A stretch of 64,000 bases of DNA from NCBI GenBank assembly GCA_963774915.1, contig CAVZGR010000006.1, forward strand, positions 13,463-77,462, given 5' to 3'. The notes beneath the pieces were generated by a model. The model was not told the origin of the DNA. It saw only the letters and a program-made list of their open reading frames with translations, and did not search any database. Below are positions 8,918 through 19,532 of the stretch, piece by piece (the stretch's first letter is position 1; every line of letters starts with the position of its first letter). This DNA is from an uncultured Acidimicrobiaceae bacterium. Lineage in GTDB: Bacteria; Actinomycetota; Acidimicrobiia; Acidimicrobiales; RAAP-2. The position numbers and the translations under genes were made by a program.

Positions 8918-10126
8918 TCAACTCGGAGGGGCCACCAGCCCGTTGGCGCGGGCGACAGCGCCGAACCATGACGCACTGGGCTTTGCCTCTCGAGCGAACG
9001 TCGTCGGATCCACGCGGTGGAGGCCGAACTTGGGAGTGAATCCGAGGGACCACTCGAAGTTGTCGAGCAAGCTCCACACGAAGTACCCGCGTATGTCGAC
9101 GCCGTCGTTGAGTGCGCGCCGTACCCCGCGTAAGACCTCGGCGATGTAGGTGATGCGCTCGCTGTCGTCGTCGGTGGCGATCCCGCTCTCGGTCAGGAGA
9201 ATCGGAATGCCAGTGATGGCCGCAGCCCTTCTGGCGCAATGCTCGACTCCCTGGGGCCAGTACTCGTAGCCCATCTGGGTGACCGGTACGTCAGGGTCAT
9301 TGGGAGCTTGGCCTTCCGGGCCGAAGTGCACTCGCGAATAGCACTGCACCCCGATGAAGTCGTCACCCTCGGTGGCTCGCATGAACCGGTCCTCGAGGAC
9401 CTCTTGGGCCGCTTCGAGGATGGCCTCCCCGCCCGGGTCCGCCACCATCTCGTCCATCGACAAGGTGAGGCCGACGGGCATGTCGCCGGGCCCCGACCGC
9501 AGGGCGTCCACGGCCAAGCGGTGGGCTCGGGCCATGACATCGTTCACGGCCAGGTGACGGACAAAATCATCCTTCACCCCGGGCGGCGACGATCCGAGGC
9601 CGTAACCCATGACACCCAGGAGATTGATCTCGTTGATCGTGCACGCCCATCCGATGAGATCGCCGAAATGAGCACCGGCCCGAGAGACGAAGCGGGCGAA
9701 GAGCTCGGGCGCGTCGGCCGCCTCCCAACCGCCGCGGTCGGTGAGCCAGGTCGGGGTCGTGAAGTGGTGGAAGGTGACGACCGGAGCGATGCCCCGTTCA
9801 TGACATGCCGCGCACATGCGCCGGTAATGATCGAGCGCAGCCAGCGAGAATTCGCCTTCGGCGGGCTCGATCCGGCTCCATTCGAGCGAGAACCGGTAGG
9901 CGCCGAGCCCCATGTTGGCGACCAGCTCGACGTCCTCGGGCCACCGGTGAAACGAATCGCAGGCGTCGCCGCTCGATTCAGCACAACCGGAATCCGGGTT
10001 GTGCTCCCAGGCCCACCAATCATTGTTGACGTTGCCTCCCTCGATCTGGTGAGCGGCAGTGGCCGTTCCCCACAGGAAGCCGTCGGGGAACGTGATCTCT
10101 GGGGTCGCAGTCTGGTCGTTGGCCAT
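8918..10126 (-). CDS. GH1 beta-glucosidase
   Basis: FPDGFLWGTATAAHQIEGG, YRFSLEWSRIEP, the acid/base region TINEINL (NE) and the nucleophile region ILLTESGIA (E). ATG at 10126 gives about 402 aa; the longer ORF extension is Pro/Arg-rich. Confidence 0.9.
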   Translation of the reverse strand: MANDQTATPEITFPDGFLWGTATAAHQIEGGNVNNDWWAWEHNPDSGCAESSGDACDSFHRWPEDVELVANMGLGAYRFSLEWSRIEPAEGEFSLAALDHYRRMCAACHERGIAPVVTFHHFTTPTWLTDRGGWEAADAPELFARFVSRAGAHFGDLIGWACTINEINLLGVMGYGLGSSPPGVKDDFVRHLAVNDVMARAHRLAVDALRSGPGDMPVGLTLSMDEMVADPGGEAILEAAQEVLEDRFMRATEGDDFIGVQCYSRVHFGPEGQAPNDPDVPVTQMGYEYWPQGVEHCARRAAAITGIPILLTESGIATDDDSERITYIAEVLRGVRRALNDGVDIRGYFVWSLLDNFEWSLGFTPKFGLHRVDPTTFAREAKPSASWFGAVARANGLVAPPS

Positions 10127-10191
10127 GGCCGATGACTGTATCCAGGGACAGAGGTGGGCGGAGCCGCGATGAGGTCGCTCACCCGCTGAGG

Positions 10192-11748
10192 TCAGTGACG
10201 GGGTGAATCGCTGGGAAGGCGGAGGGCGAGGACCTCGCTCGGGTGGCTGCTGGTGATGGGGATGACCACGAGGTCGTCGGAGATGGCCATCCATCCGTTC
10301 ACGCCACCGGGGAGGGCACGTTCCATGACGATCCGCCCGTTGGAGCGATTGATGGCCACCAAGGTCCCTTGGTACGTGGCTGTCACGACCAGGTCGTTCA
10401 CCACGGTCGCCCCACCCGTCGGGTCCCCGGGCACCTTGGTGCTCCAGACGACCTTGCCCGTGGTTGCGTTGATGGCCACGACGTCCCCGGGGAAGGAGCC
10501 GAGCTTGCCGCCGAAGTAGGCAGTGCGGTTCGGGTAGAGCGTGTCGGGAGCATTCAGGGTGGCGGCGTAGACCATTCCGTTTGCCGATGCAGGAGGGGTG
10601 AGGACGCCGCCGTATGTACCGGGCAGCACCATCGTGGGGCCGGAGATCGCCGTGAGCTCACCGTTGCGGTGCATCCCCACCGCGGTCCGCCACAGAAGTC
10701 GGCCCGACGTCGGGTCATACCCGAGCACGAATCCGCTCTTTCCCGTGCCGACGATCACTTGACGCGACGACGGCCCCGGGATGTCGACGATCATCGTGTG
10801 GACGAAGTCCCGGTCGAAGATGTCGTGGGCCGTTGCCTGGTGAAACCAAACCAGCCGCCCCGTCCGGAGGTCGAGAGCCAGCGTCGAATCGGTGTAGAGA
10901 TTCGTTCCCGGCCGGCTCGAGCCGTTCGGGAACTGGGCGGTGCCCGGGAAGGGCGCGGGGTTGGCCGTTCCCCAATAGACCCGGTTGGCCGTCACATCGA
11001 TCGACGGTGGGTACCAGGATCCGCCACCGGAGTTGACGGCGGGGTTGCTCCAGATGTCGGGCGACTTGACCGTATCGAAGGACCAATCGATCGCCCCCGT
11101 GGACGCGTCGAGCGCGAACAGCCAGCCGCGGTCGCCGCCTTTGTAGATGCCGCCCACGCTCACCGGGACCGTCGCCGCGAAGACTCGACCGTCCGCCACC
11201 GTGGGTTGGATGTCCACGCCTTCGGTGGGCGTCGTGGTCAGGCGACGGGACCAAACCGGGGACCCGTCCTCGGCCCGGAGCGCGACGACCCCGTTCCCCG
11301 TCGCCGCGAACACCTTCCCCCATCCGACGGCCACTCCGTCAGGCCCGATGGAGAAGCCCAACGGCTTGCTCCGCCAGAGGACGCGGCCGCTCGAGCGGTC
11401 GATCGAGACCACCGAGCCGTTGTCGTCTTCGACGTAGATCCGGGCTCCAAGAATGATCGGGACGGTGGTGAGCTCACCGGTCATCGGAACTGTCCAGGAC
11501 GGAGCAAGCCGCGAGACCGATTGCGCGTCGATGGGCGATGGACCGGCGTCTCGGGTGTTGTCGAAGTCGTGGCCCGGAAGCGGCCACTGGTCGGCCCCGG
11601 CTGACGCCACCTCCGGTGGGGCGCCCGCGTAGGAATGGTTCGAGGTAGCTGGGAGTGCCGAGGTGGACGCGCCCGAGGTACACCCGGCCAGACAGATGGC
11701 GACCAGCCCAGTAGCGATGACGGCCAACCGAGTCCAGCTTCCTCTCAT
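10192..11748 (-). CDS. PQQ-like (BamB-type) beta-propeller repeat lipoprotein
   Basis: Lipobox LVAICLAGCTS. Repeated G.V.A.D..TG...W motifs run throughout (DRSSGRVLWRS, AEDGSPVWSR, DASTGAIDWSF, DLRTGRLVWF, DPTSGRLLWR, NATTGKVVWS, NRSNGRIVME). Confidence 0.8.
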   Translation of the reverse strand: MRGSWTRLAVIATGLVAICLAGCTSGASTSALPATSNHSYAGAPPEVASAGADQWPLPGHDFDNTRDAGPSPIDAQSVSRLAPSWTVPMTGELTTVPIILGARIYVEDDNGSVVSIDRSSGRVLWRSKPLGFSIGPDGVAVGWGKVFAATGNGVVALRAEDGSPVWSRRLTTTPTEGVDIQPTVADGRVFAATVPVSVGGIYKGGDRGWLFALDASTGAIDWSFDTVKSPDIWSNPAVNSGGGSWYPPSIDVTANRVYWGTANPAPFPGTAQFPNGSSRPGTNLYTDSTLALDLRTGRLVWFHQATAHDIFDRDFVHTMIVDIPGPSSRQVIVGTGKSGFVLGYDPTSGRLLWRTAVGMHRNGELTAISGPTMVLPGTYGGVLTPPASANGMVYAATLNAPDTLYPNRTAYFGGKLGSFPGDVVAINATTGKVVWSTKVPGDPTGGATVVNDLVVTATYQGTLVAINRSNGRIVMERALPGGVNGWMAISDDLVVIPITSSHPSEVLALRLPSDSPRH

Positions 11749-11979
11749 GGCAGCAACCTAGATCGAGTGCTCGAGACGGCGTGTGGTTGCAATTGCCGTC
11801 CGCTATGTCCGTGGCGAAGACCCGATGGCTTCAATGACCGATCCTGCCCTCTCGAGAAGCGTCCCGGCCTACGACAGTCGATGGTTGGGGGGACCAGCCG
11901 ACGAACGGGTGGCGGCCTAACATCACGGCGTCCGCCAGCCAAATGTGAGTCAGACGTGAGCTCCTCCTCCAACAGAAGC

Positions 11980-13452
11980 ATGCCGGCAATGTTCGGGTTG
12001 TTTGCGGTCGTCGTTCTCGTTGCTGCCGCCTGCGGCAGCAATCAGGGCTCGACGAGCGGTGCGGCGCAGCCGGGCACCATCTCGGCTCCTCCGACGGCGA
12101 CCTACCCGGCGGAAGCGACCCTGTACGGCCCCATCACCGTGGGCCACATCGTCGAACCGCTCTCGGGCTTGCCGCTCGACCTCGGCGCACATGGTTACGT
12201 CCAGCAGGAGTTCTTCGCATCGGGCAAGGCGACTGCCTTCACGGCGACCTCGGCACCGAGCGACGGCAATTGGACGATCGCACCAACCAGCACGGCTCCG
12301 TATCGGACGAGGATCTTGGTGCGCCGACCGACCGATCCGGCCCGGTTCAACGGCACGGTGGTCGTCGAATGGATGAACGTCTCGGCCGGAGAGTCGGCTC
12401 CTGATTGGGACTATCTCAATCCCGAGCTCATGAACGACGGGTACGCCTATGTGGGGGTGTCCGCCCAGGCCCTGGCCGTCGACGGTGGCGCGCCAATCCT
12501 CGGCTCCCTGTCGGCCGCAGCCAGCGGCGGCCTGGTCCACGAGGAGCCGGCCCGCTACTGGACCCTCCATCACCCCGGTGATCAATACGCCCTCGACATG
12601 TTCGCCCAGATCGGGAGGGCGCTGCAGACAGCCAAAGGATCAGAGGTCCTCGGAGGGCTCCATCCCCGGCATGTGGTGGCGGTGGGTGAGTCACAGTCCG
12701 CCTTCTACCTCACGACCTTCGCCGACGCGCTGCAACCGGTCACCAACGCCTTCGACGGGATCTTCATTCACAGTCGAGGCGGTACCGGCGCATCCCTGAG
12801 CGGCTCGTCCATCACCGCCTCGAACCAGGGCCCGAGTGGCCTGCGGATCCGAACCGACCTCCACGTTCCCGTCTTCATGTTCGAGACGCAGACCGACCTC
12901 ATCGAGCTGGGCTACGCCGCCGCTCAGCAGTCCAATACCGATCGCATCCGCACCTGGGAGGTGGCCGGTACGTCACACGCCGACGCCTATCTCGTCGGCT
13001 CCGCGGCCGGAATTCTCGGCTGTACCACCCCCATCAACGACGGCCCGCAACACGTCGTCGTGCAGGCCGCTTTCGCCGCCTTCAATCGCTGGGTGGACGA
13101 TGGGACTCCGCCACCCTCGCCTCCCCCGTTCCGATTGACCAGCGCGACGCCGGCGGTCTTGGCCTTGGACAGCCACGGCAACGTCATCGGCGGTGTCCGG
13201 ACTCCCGCCGTCGACACCCCCGTCTCGACCCTCAGCGGGGCAGCACCGCCCGGGGCGAGCGCGATCTGCTCGTTGTTCGGGTCAGCAGTCGCCTTCAGCC
13301 CGACCACCTTGGCCAGCCTCTACCACGACAAGAGCGGCTACCTGGCCGCCTACAAGGTCAGCTTGGACCGCGCCATCAAGGGCGGCTATGTCTTGGCCGC
13401 CGACCGAAGCTCGCTCCTCGCGCAAGCCGAAAAGGTGCAGTTCCCTTCCTGA
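11980..13452 (+). CDS. Alpha/beta-hydrolase-domain lipoprotein (hypothetical hydrolase)
   Basis: ATG 11980 gives MPAMFGLFAVVVLVAAACGS (lipobox). The conserved core is YRTRILVRRP..FNGTVVVEWMNVSAG...DW and VVAVGESQSAFYL (nucleophile-like GxSxS). The upstream ORF extension is not protein-like. Confidence 0.7.
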   Translation: MPAMFGLFAVVVLVAAACGSNQGSTSGAAQPGTISAPPTATYPAEATLYGPITVGHIVEPLSGLPLDLGAHGYVQQEFFASGKATAFTATSAPSDGNWTIAPTSTAPYRTRILVRRPTDPARFNGTVVVEWMNVSAGESAPDWDYLNPELMNDGYAYVGVSAQALAVDGGAPILGSLSAAASGGLVHEEPARYWTLHHPGDQYALDMFAQIGRALQTAKGSEVLGGLHPRHVVAVGESQSAFYLTTFADALQPVTNAFDGIFIHSRGGTGASLSGSSITASNQGPSGLRIRTDLHVPVFMFETQTDLIELGYAAAQQSNTDRIRTWEVAGTSHADAYLVGSAAGILGCTTPINDGPQHVVVQAAFAAFNRWVDDGTPPPSPPPFRLTSATPAVLALDSHGNVIGGVRTPAVDTPVSTLSGAAPPGASAICSLFGSAVAFSPTTLASLYHDKSGYLAAYKVSLDRAIKGGYVLAADRSSLLAQAEKVQFPS

Positions 13453-13516
13453 CCGGCTCCAGGCTCCGCTTGGTCGCTCGGAGGTCCGCGCTGGCGAAGC
13501 CCTTGGGCGCCAGGCG

Positions 13517-14820
13517 TCAGAAGGCCGTGCCACTCCTCGGTGATGGGCGGGTCACCAGCAGCGCGTCGGCCCGGGCCAGGCCGGATGTCCGCAACTCCTC
13601 GACGCGCCCGCCGGCTGCCAGCAGCGAGGCCGGGAACCCACCCATGTACAGGGAGCCGAGAGCGGCCAGGCCCATGCGCAGGTCGGCGTCTTCGCCGCGT
13701 ACGGGCTCGCCGGCATGAGGCGCCCTCCGGCCCGGCCTCGAGCACCCAGCGGCCTGGCGCCGGGTCGGCCTCCCCTTCGGGCGACGGCGGGTGGCAGGAC
13801 ATCGAGAACCAGGCGCCCCTCACCGCTATAGCCCCGAGCCTCGAATGCCGTGGCCGTGTCCAGGATCCGCACGTAGAGCCGGTCCTCGACGTTGACCGTC
13901 CGCAATTGTCGCGGGTCGGACAACCGCCAACGGATGGGCTCGTCCACCGCGCCGCGCTCGGTAGTTGACCTGGCCCACCAGATCGAGGTCGAACACGAAT
14001 CGCCAGAGGCCGGCTTCGACCTCGGGCGTGTTGCCGCGAAGGTCGTCGACGGAGATGGCGGTTCGCTCCGCGTGGAACATGTTCGCCTCGGAGACAGCTC
14101 GGTAGAGGACATACCCGTCGTCACAGACCGCATGGAAACGGGCGGCGGACCCATGCCGGTGGTGCGGGGGGTCGTTGAGCATCTGGGCCCAGTAACCGGA
14201 GCTCCGGCTCGGCCTCCCCGGCCCGGGTCCTCCGCTGGCGGTCGAAGAGGTCGGGGAGGACCTTGGCCGCCTCGTCCTTGTCCACCAGGTCGAGGTCGAG
14301 GTCGGGGGCCGGCACGGCGAAGGCCGACGCTCGGCTGTCGATGGCGTACTCGACGAGATTGGCGGCCAGGCCGTATCCGAATCTCCCGTAGATGAGCGAC
14401 TCCGACGCTTCAAGCCCGGCGATGGCCTCGCCCCGTTGGCGGGCATCGTCGTGCATGGCCGTCATCAGCTGGCGCAGGAATCCGCGCCGCCGGTGGGTCG
14501 GGTGCACCCCGACGGCGCTGACGCCCGCCATGGGGATGGTCGGACAGGGCTGACCCGGTGGGGCTGGCAGCGTGACGTCCATGCTGAAGATGCAGGCGTT
14601 GCCGGCAAAACGGTCCCCGGTGTCGACCACCCATGCCCGATCCAACTCGGCCTTGGTCTGCCAGACGTTCTCGTCGCCCGACTTGATCGGGGTCACCGGC
14701 AAAGGGATCGAGGAACGGGATCATCACCGATCGCCGGAACTCGAGGCCCTCCTCTGGCCGGATCCTTCGTACGACGGGGTCCATGCCGCCAGTCTGCCCA
14801 TCCGGCGTCGGGGCCGTCAT
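13517..14820 (-). pseudogene. Eis-like GNAT N-acetyltransferase, about 5 frameshifts
   Basis: Collinear pieces lie in five frames: RRIRPEEGLEFRRSVMIPFLDP / VTPIKSGDENVWQTKAELDRAWVV...VHPTHRRRGFLRQLM...IYGRFGYG / YWAQMLNDPPHHRHGS...YVLYRAV...FDLDLVGQVNYR / ERGAVDEPIRWRLSDPRQLRTVNVEDRLYVRILD / PSPEGEADPAPGRWVLEAGPEGASC / DADLRMGLAALGSLYMGGFPASLLAAGGRVEEL...F*. The switches are near 14698, 14220, 13970, 13790 and 13710. Confidence 0.8.
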
Positions 14821-14919
14821 CTCGGATCGATCGAGTCCATTTCTCGCCGCGGTGCGGTGTCTTCGTCGGCCAGCGACAGGCCGGGTTCTTCGAGCTCCGG
14901 CCGTCTGGTCACGCCAGCG

Positions 14920-15540
14920 CTAGATACCCAGACGAGCCGATCGAAGCTGAGCCACGAGCGCCGGGTCCCCGTCGATGTCGACTCTGGCCGCGGACTGGCG
15001 GCCTGATCCGAACAGGGTCTGCTCCCCTGGGTCACCTCGGATCTCGAGGCGTGGCCCGGACCCCTTGATCTTCGGCTCGCGACCCTGGGCGACGAGCTCG
15101 ATGGTCGCCGAGACCTTTTTCGCCATTCCTCCCGCTCCCACCCGGGCCCAGAGGGCGTCGGCCATCTCGCTCGAGAGGGGTCGCACGTCCCAGTCCGGCT
15201 GCGCGCGACGCACGTCTTCGACATGGATGAAGAATTCCACGGTGTTCATGGGAGCGTCGAACGGGCGAAGGAGCAGTGGCGGGCCGCGACGCACGGATGC
15301 GATGAGCTGGTCCCAAGGAATCCGGTCGCGAATCGACCGACGAACCTTGTCGGTGTGGGCGGCGAGGGGCGCCCACACGAGCCCGGGGCCGCTGTCTGCT
15401 CGCCGCTCGCGGGCCACCAGGTGGGCCGCCAGATCGGCAGTGACCCATCCATCACAGAGGGTCGGGGCTGCGGGGCCGAGCTCGACGAACAGGTCGCAGA
15501 GGGTGGCCCGCTCCTGCTGGGCAAGGTCCGAAGCGGCCAC
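14920..15540 (-). CDS. TIGR03085/DinB-like mycothiol-dependent-enzyme-family protein
   Basis: GTG 15540 gives VAASDLAQQERATLCDLFVELGPAAPTLCDGWVTADLAAHLVARE..., the maleylpyruvate-isomerase-N/DinB_2 pattern. About 206 aa, as expected for this family. Confidence 0.65.
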   Translation of the reverse strand: MAASDLAQQERATLCDLFVELGPAAPTLCDGWVTADLAAHLVARERRADSGPGLVWAPLAAHTDKVRRSIRDRIPWDQLIASVRRGPPLLLRPFDAPMNTVEFFIHVEDVRRAQPDWDVRPLSSEMADALWARVGAGGMAKKVSATIELVAQGREPKIKGSGPRLEIRGDPGEQTLFGSGRQSAARVDIDGDPALVAQLRSARLGI

Positions 15541-15563
15541 CGGCCGAATCCTAGGTCCGCCCT

Positions 15564-16762
15564 TCAGCTCGTGAAGCGAGCTGCGTCCTCCGATCCGGAC
15601 GTGGCATTCCCGGCGCTGTAGGAGTGGGCGCCCGCGCCGGCCAGCTGGCCACCGTCGACGATGAGGTACTCCTGACGGATGGGCCGCTCCTCCAAGAAGC
15701 ACTCGAGGATCTCCCGCGTCCCGGCCGCGTAGCGGGCTTGGGCCGACAGCGACGTCCCCGAGATGTGCGGGGTCATGCCGTGATGGGGCATCGTTCGCCA
15801 CGGGTGGTCCTTCGGCGGTGGCTGAGGGAACCAGACGTCCCCGGCATAGCCGGCCAGCTGACCGGACTCGAGCGCTCGCACGACCGCGTCCCGGTCGCAG
15901 ATCTTGCCGCGAGCGGTGTTGACGAGGTACGCGCCGCGCTTCATGGTCGAGATCAGCTGGTCGTCGAAGAGTCCCTCCGTCTCCGGGTAGAGGGGCGCGT
16001 TGATGGTGACGACGTCGAGGTTCGGCACCATGGCCGCCGTCGTCTCGTGGAAGGTCAGGTCAGCTCTTGCTCGATGTCCGGTGACAGGCGGTGCCGATCG
16101 GTGTAGTGCAGCTCGACGTCGAAGGGCTTGAGACGCCGGAGGACAGCCAGTCCGATCCGGCCGGCGGCGACCGTTCCCACTTTCATGCCTTCGAGGTCGT
16201 AGGAGCGCTCGACGCAGTCGGCGATGTTCCAGCCACCCCGCACGACCCACCCGTAGGAGGGGATGTAGTTGCGCACAAGGGCCAGGATCATCATGAGGAC
16301 GTGCTCGGAGACGCTGATCGAGTTGGAGTAGCGTGACCTCGGCGACCGTGATCCCGCGGTCGATGGCCGCTTGCAGGTCGACGTGGTCCGACCCGATTCC
16401 GGCCGTGATGGCGAGCTTCAGGTTCTGGGCGCTGGCCATCCGCTCGGCCGTGAGGTAGGCCGGCCAGAACGGCTGGGAGATCACCACGTCGGCGTCGACC
16501 AGCTCGCGGTCGAAGACCGAGTCGGCTCCGTCCTTGTCCGAGGTCACGACGAAGGTATGACCCGCCTCCTCGAGGAAGCGCCGAAGCCGAGCTCACCGGA
16601 GACGCTGCCGAGCAGCTGCCCGGGGGTGAAGTCGATGGCCTGCGGTGAGGGAGTCGTCTGACCGCCGGGGTAGGAGCTGATCCGAGGGAGGTCGTCTCTC
16701 GGATAGGTCTCCGGGTATCCGTCGATCGGGTCGTCATAGAGCACGCACAGCACCTTCGCCAT
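15564..16762 (-). pseudogene. fdh: NAD-dependent formate dehydrogenase, 3 frameshifts
   Basis: Four collinear pieces match the FDH sequence I recall from Mycobacterium vaccae: MAKVLCVLYDDPIDGYP...FTPGQLLGSVSGELG / LRRFLEEAGHTFVVTSDKDG...ISQPFWPAYLT...TAGIGSDHVDLQAA / YSNSISVSEHVLMMILALVRNY...GTVAAGRIGLAVLRRL / ...NTARGKICDRDAVVRALESGQLAGYAGDVWFPQP...HISGTSLSAQARY. The switches are near 16560, 16310 and 16060. Confidence 0.9.
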
Positions 16763-16858
16763 CGGAGCTCTCCCTTCTTGCCGGCATCGACCGCCGTCTC
16801 CGAGCTGATCGACAGCGAATCTACCGGGGCGATCGAGTGATGGCCGGGGTCGAGCAGG

Positions 16859-17449
16859 TCAGCGCGGATCGCGTCGCATGAACCAGTTGGGTGCCGAGAG
16901 GATCGGTACCTCGTCGGCCACCTCGAACCCGAGACCGATGTAGAAGCGGACGTTCTCCGGCTTGTCGGTCTCCAACCAGGCCACCCGTCCGAGGGTGTCG
17001 AACTCCTCGCACAGGAAGGACATGGCTGTCCTTCCCATCCCCATGCCCTGGAATCCGGGCTCGACGCCGACCGGCCCGACGTGCCAATGGGGCTCGGCCA
17101 GATCATGGTCGGCTAAGACCGAGCCCAGGTGGAGGAAGCGCTCGGCGTCGCTCGCCCCGGGGTCCGGTGGGTCAAGGGCCCTGAGCTCAGATGGAATCAT
17201 CGATGCGATGCAGTGGTCGGGCCGCTCCGCCGCGGCCACGGCCAGCACGCACTCACCTCGTCGGACCCCCGATACCCGTGACGCGGCCAACATCTGGCCG
17301 AACGCGCTGTAACACATCTCGAGCCGAACGAGGGGATCGTCGGAGACAGCCAGGGACGTCGGGTTGTCCCGCAAGGCCCGTGCCGCGACGCCCGCCGCTT
17401 GCGATGTTTGGTCGGCGCCGCTCAGCCATGTCGCTTCGAAGACCGTCAT
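16859..17449 (-). CDS. GNAT-family N-acetyltransferase
   Basis: Intact 196-aa ORF. Acetyl-CoA motif VGVEPGFQGMGMGRTAM and C-terminal FYIGLGFEV. Confidence 0.7.
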   Translation of the reverse strand: MTVFEATWLSGADQTSQAAGVAARALRDNPTSLAVSDDPLVRLEMCYSAFGQMLAASRVSGVRRGECVLAVAAAERPDHCIASMIPSELRALDPPDPGASDAERFLHLGSVLADHDLAEPHWHVGPVGVEPGFQGMGMGRTAMSFLCEEFDTLGRVAWLETDKPENVRFYIGLGFEVADEVPILSAPNWFMRRDPR

Positions 17450-17523
17450 GTCGTGGTCTTAGCAGACCGTCGAACGGGCCCGCCGCACGATGCCCACCCA
17501 TTCGATTCCCAAGCGGCGACGGC

Positions 17524-18069
17524 TCAAGCGGTGCCGGTCACGGGATCGGTCCGTTCGAGGACGGCCGTGAAGCCGACATAGGTCCAGATGAGTCGGTCGC
17601 CGTGGCGGTGACGGGTCACCTCGATGCCGGGAAGGCCGACCGGGCGGAGCACGTGGACGCCGTCTTCGTAGGTGGCGACCACCGTGATGGGTGTCGTCTT
17701 GTCGAGCTCAGCCACGTCGTGCACGCCGTGGGCTTCGGTCCCGTCGCAGCGCATGTCGTGGACGACGCCGCCGGCGGTGACCACCAGCCGGTCACCGCCC
17801 TGCTCGATGCGTTGGACGTGGCCGCGGGCGGGATGGTCGGCCACTGCCGTGCCGTCGACCAGAACCGACACCACTTGCCACGTTCCGCGAAGGTCGGGTG
17901 CGCCGGCCACGAGCGGCTCCGTGCAGGCGGCCAGGACGGGAGGCGGCATGGTCTCGCCGTAGCCGCCCGGCGGGGTGTGGGCGACGGGGATGTCCGCAGC
18001 CCGTGCCAACCGGTCGGGCTTGCGGGGGCTCTGATCGTGCGTGGCTCGTTCCCTTTCTGGGATGGTCAA
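17524..18069 (-). CDS. Hypothetical protein (beta-rich, lipocalin-like guess)
   Basis: Intact ORF with high GC3. The start is uncertain: TTG 18069 overlaps the upstream stop as TTGA, or ATG 17949 could be used. No family recognised. Confidence 0.45.
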   Translation of the reverse strand: MTIPERERATHDQSPRKPDRLARAADIPVAHTPPGGYGETMPPPVLAACTEPLVAGAPDLRGTWQVVSVLVDGTAVADHPARGHVQRIEQGGDRLVVTAGGVVHDMRCDGTEAHGVHDVAELDKTTPITVVATYEDGVHVLRPVGLPGIEVTRHRHGDRLIWTYVGFTAVLERTDPVTGTA

Positions 18070-19437
18070 CGGGCTTCCGGTAGCAGCACGTTCGGGTTGA
18101 GGATTCCGGCTGGGTCGAGCGCCGACTTGATGGCTCGGAAGGCCTCGATCTCGGACGGCGTGCGGGACAGATGGAGGAAGCTGCGCTTGGCCGTCCCGAT
18201 GCCGTGCTCGGCGCTGATGCTCCCACCGAGCTCGGACACGAGACCGAAGACGGCCGCGTCCACCCCATCGTCATCAGGGTCCACGCCGGTCACGTTGACG
18301 TGGATGTTGCCGTCACCGAGATGACCGAACAACCAGGTCCGCGCACCCGGCGCCGTTGCTTCCACCACCGACGGCACGGCTCCGATGAATCCCGCCATCT
18401 CGACGGCCGGAAGCGTGACGTCCAGCTTGTGGGGCGGACCGAGCGAGTTGATGGCCTCCGTGTGGCCTTCGCGCAAGCCGCCACAGCTCGGCTCGTCGCG
18501 ACGGCTCGGTGGCCACCAACACCTCTGCCACCCCAACGACGTCGGCGGTGACGGCCGAGAGGGCTTCGGTCGGGTCGGTGCGGTCGGCCACCTCGACCAA
18601 CAAGTAGGCCGCGTGAGCGGCGGCGAAGGGTGATCGAAGCCCGGTGATCGAGCAGACCAGTTCGAGCCCCGGCTCGAGGAACATCTCGCAGGCTTCGAGG
18701 GTGGTGAGCGACTGCCGGTAGAGGCCGGCGGCGGACACGGCTCCGGCCACGGACGCGAATGCGGCCAGGGCGACGGTGCGGTACGGGAGGGTCGGCACCA
18801 GTCGCAGTCGGGCCGAGGTGATCACGGCCAAGGTTCCCTCGCTGCCGCACAGCAGGCTGGGTAGGTGGTAGCCCGTGTTGTCCTTGATGAGGCCGCCCAG
18901 GTGGGACACGACCGCACCCGTCCCGAAAACGGCCTCGACGCCGACGACCTGTGCCCTCGTATCGCCGTAGCGGATCATGTGCATGCCCCCGGCATTGGTG
19001 GCCACGGTGCCGCCGACGGTGGCCGAATCACGGCTGCCGAGATCGACGCCGTAGGACCAGCCGGCAGACGCCGCCGCTCGTCGGACCTGGCCGATGGTGA
19101 CGCCGGCCCCGGCCGTCAGCTGGCCGGCCAACGGCTCGACGGGATCGAGCCGTTGCAACCCTCGAAGGCTGAGCACGACTTCGCCGCCGAGGGGCACTCC
19201 ACCCCCGACGAGCCCGGTGTTGCCGCCCTGAGGGACGAGTGCCACACCGAGGTCACGGCATGTCTCGACGATGGCCGCGACCTCTTCCGTCGAGCCCGGC
19301 CGCACGACGGCCGGGCTCTGGCCGACGAACCGGCCCGTCCAGTCCGTCGTGTAGGAGGCAACCACCTCGGGGTCGACGATGACGTGGGAGCCGGCAGCCT
19401 TGCCGAGCAGGTCGAGAACCTCGGTCGCTGCTCTCAT
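18066..19437 (-). pseudogene. FAD-binding oxidoreductase (GlcD / D-lactate dehydrogenase-like), one frameshift
   Basis: ATG 19437 gives MRAATEVLDLL...VVRPGSTEEVAAIVETC...VPQGGNTGLVGG...DNTGYHLPSLLCGSEGTLAVIT.... The protein shifts near 18475 (AELWRL | REGHTEAINSLG) and continues to GHLGDGNIHVN...ISAEHGIGTAK...LDPAGILNP. Confidence 0.85.
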
Positions 19438-19532
19438 CGCGACCACTCTGCCCCATTGAGGGTGCGGTCGGTCATCCGGAACCCGACGCCGATCGCTCGA
19501 TGGCGCGATCGGCTGTCGTGTCGTGCCCCGCT

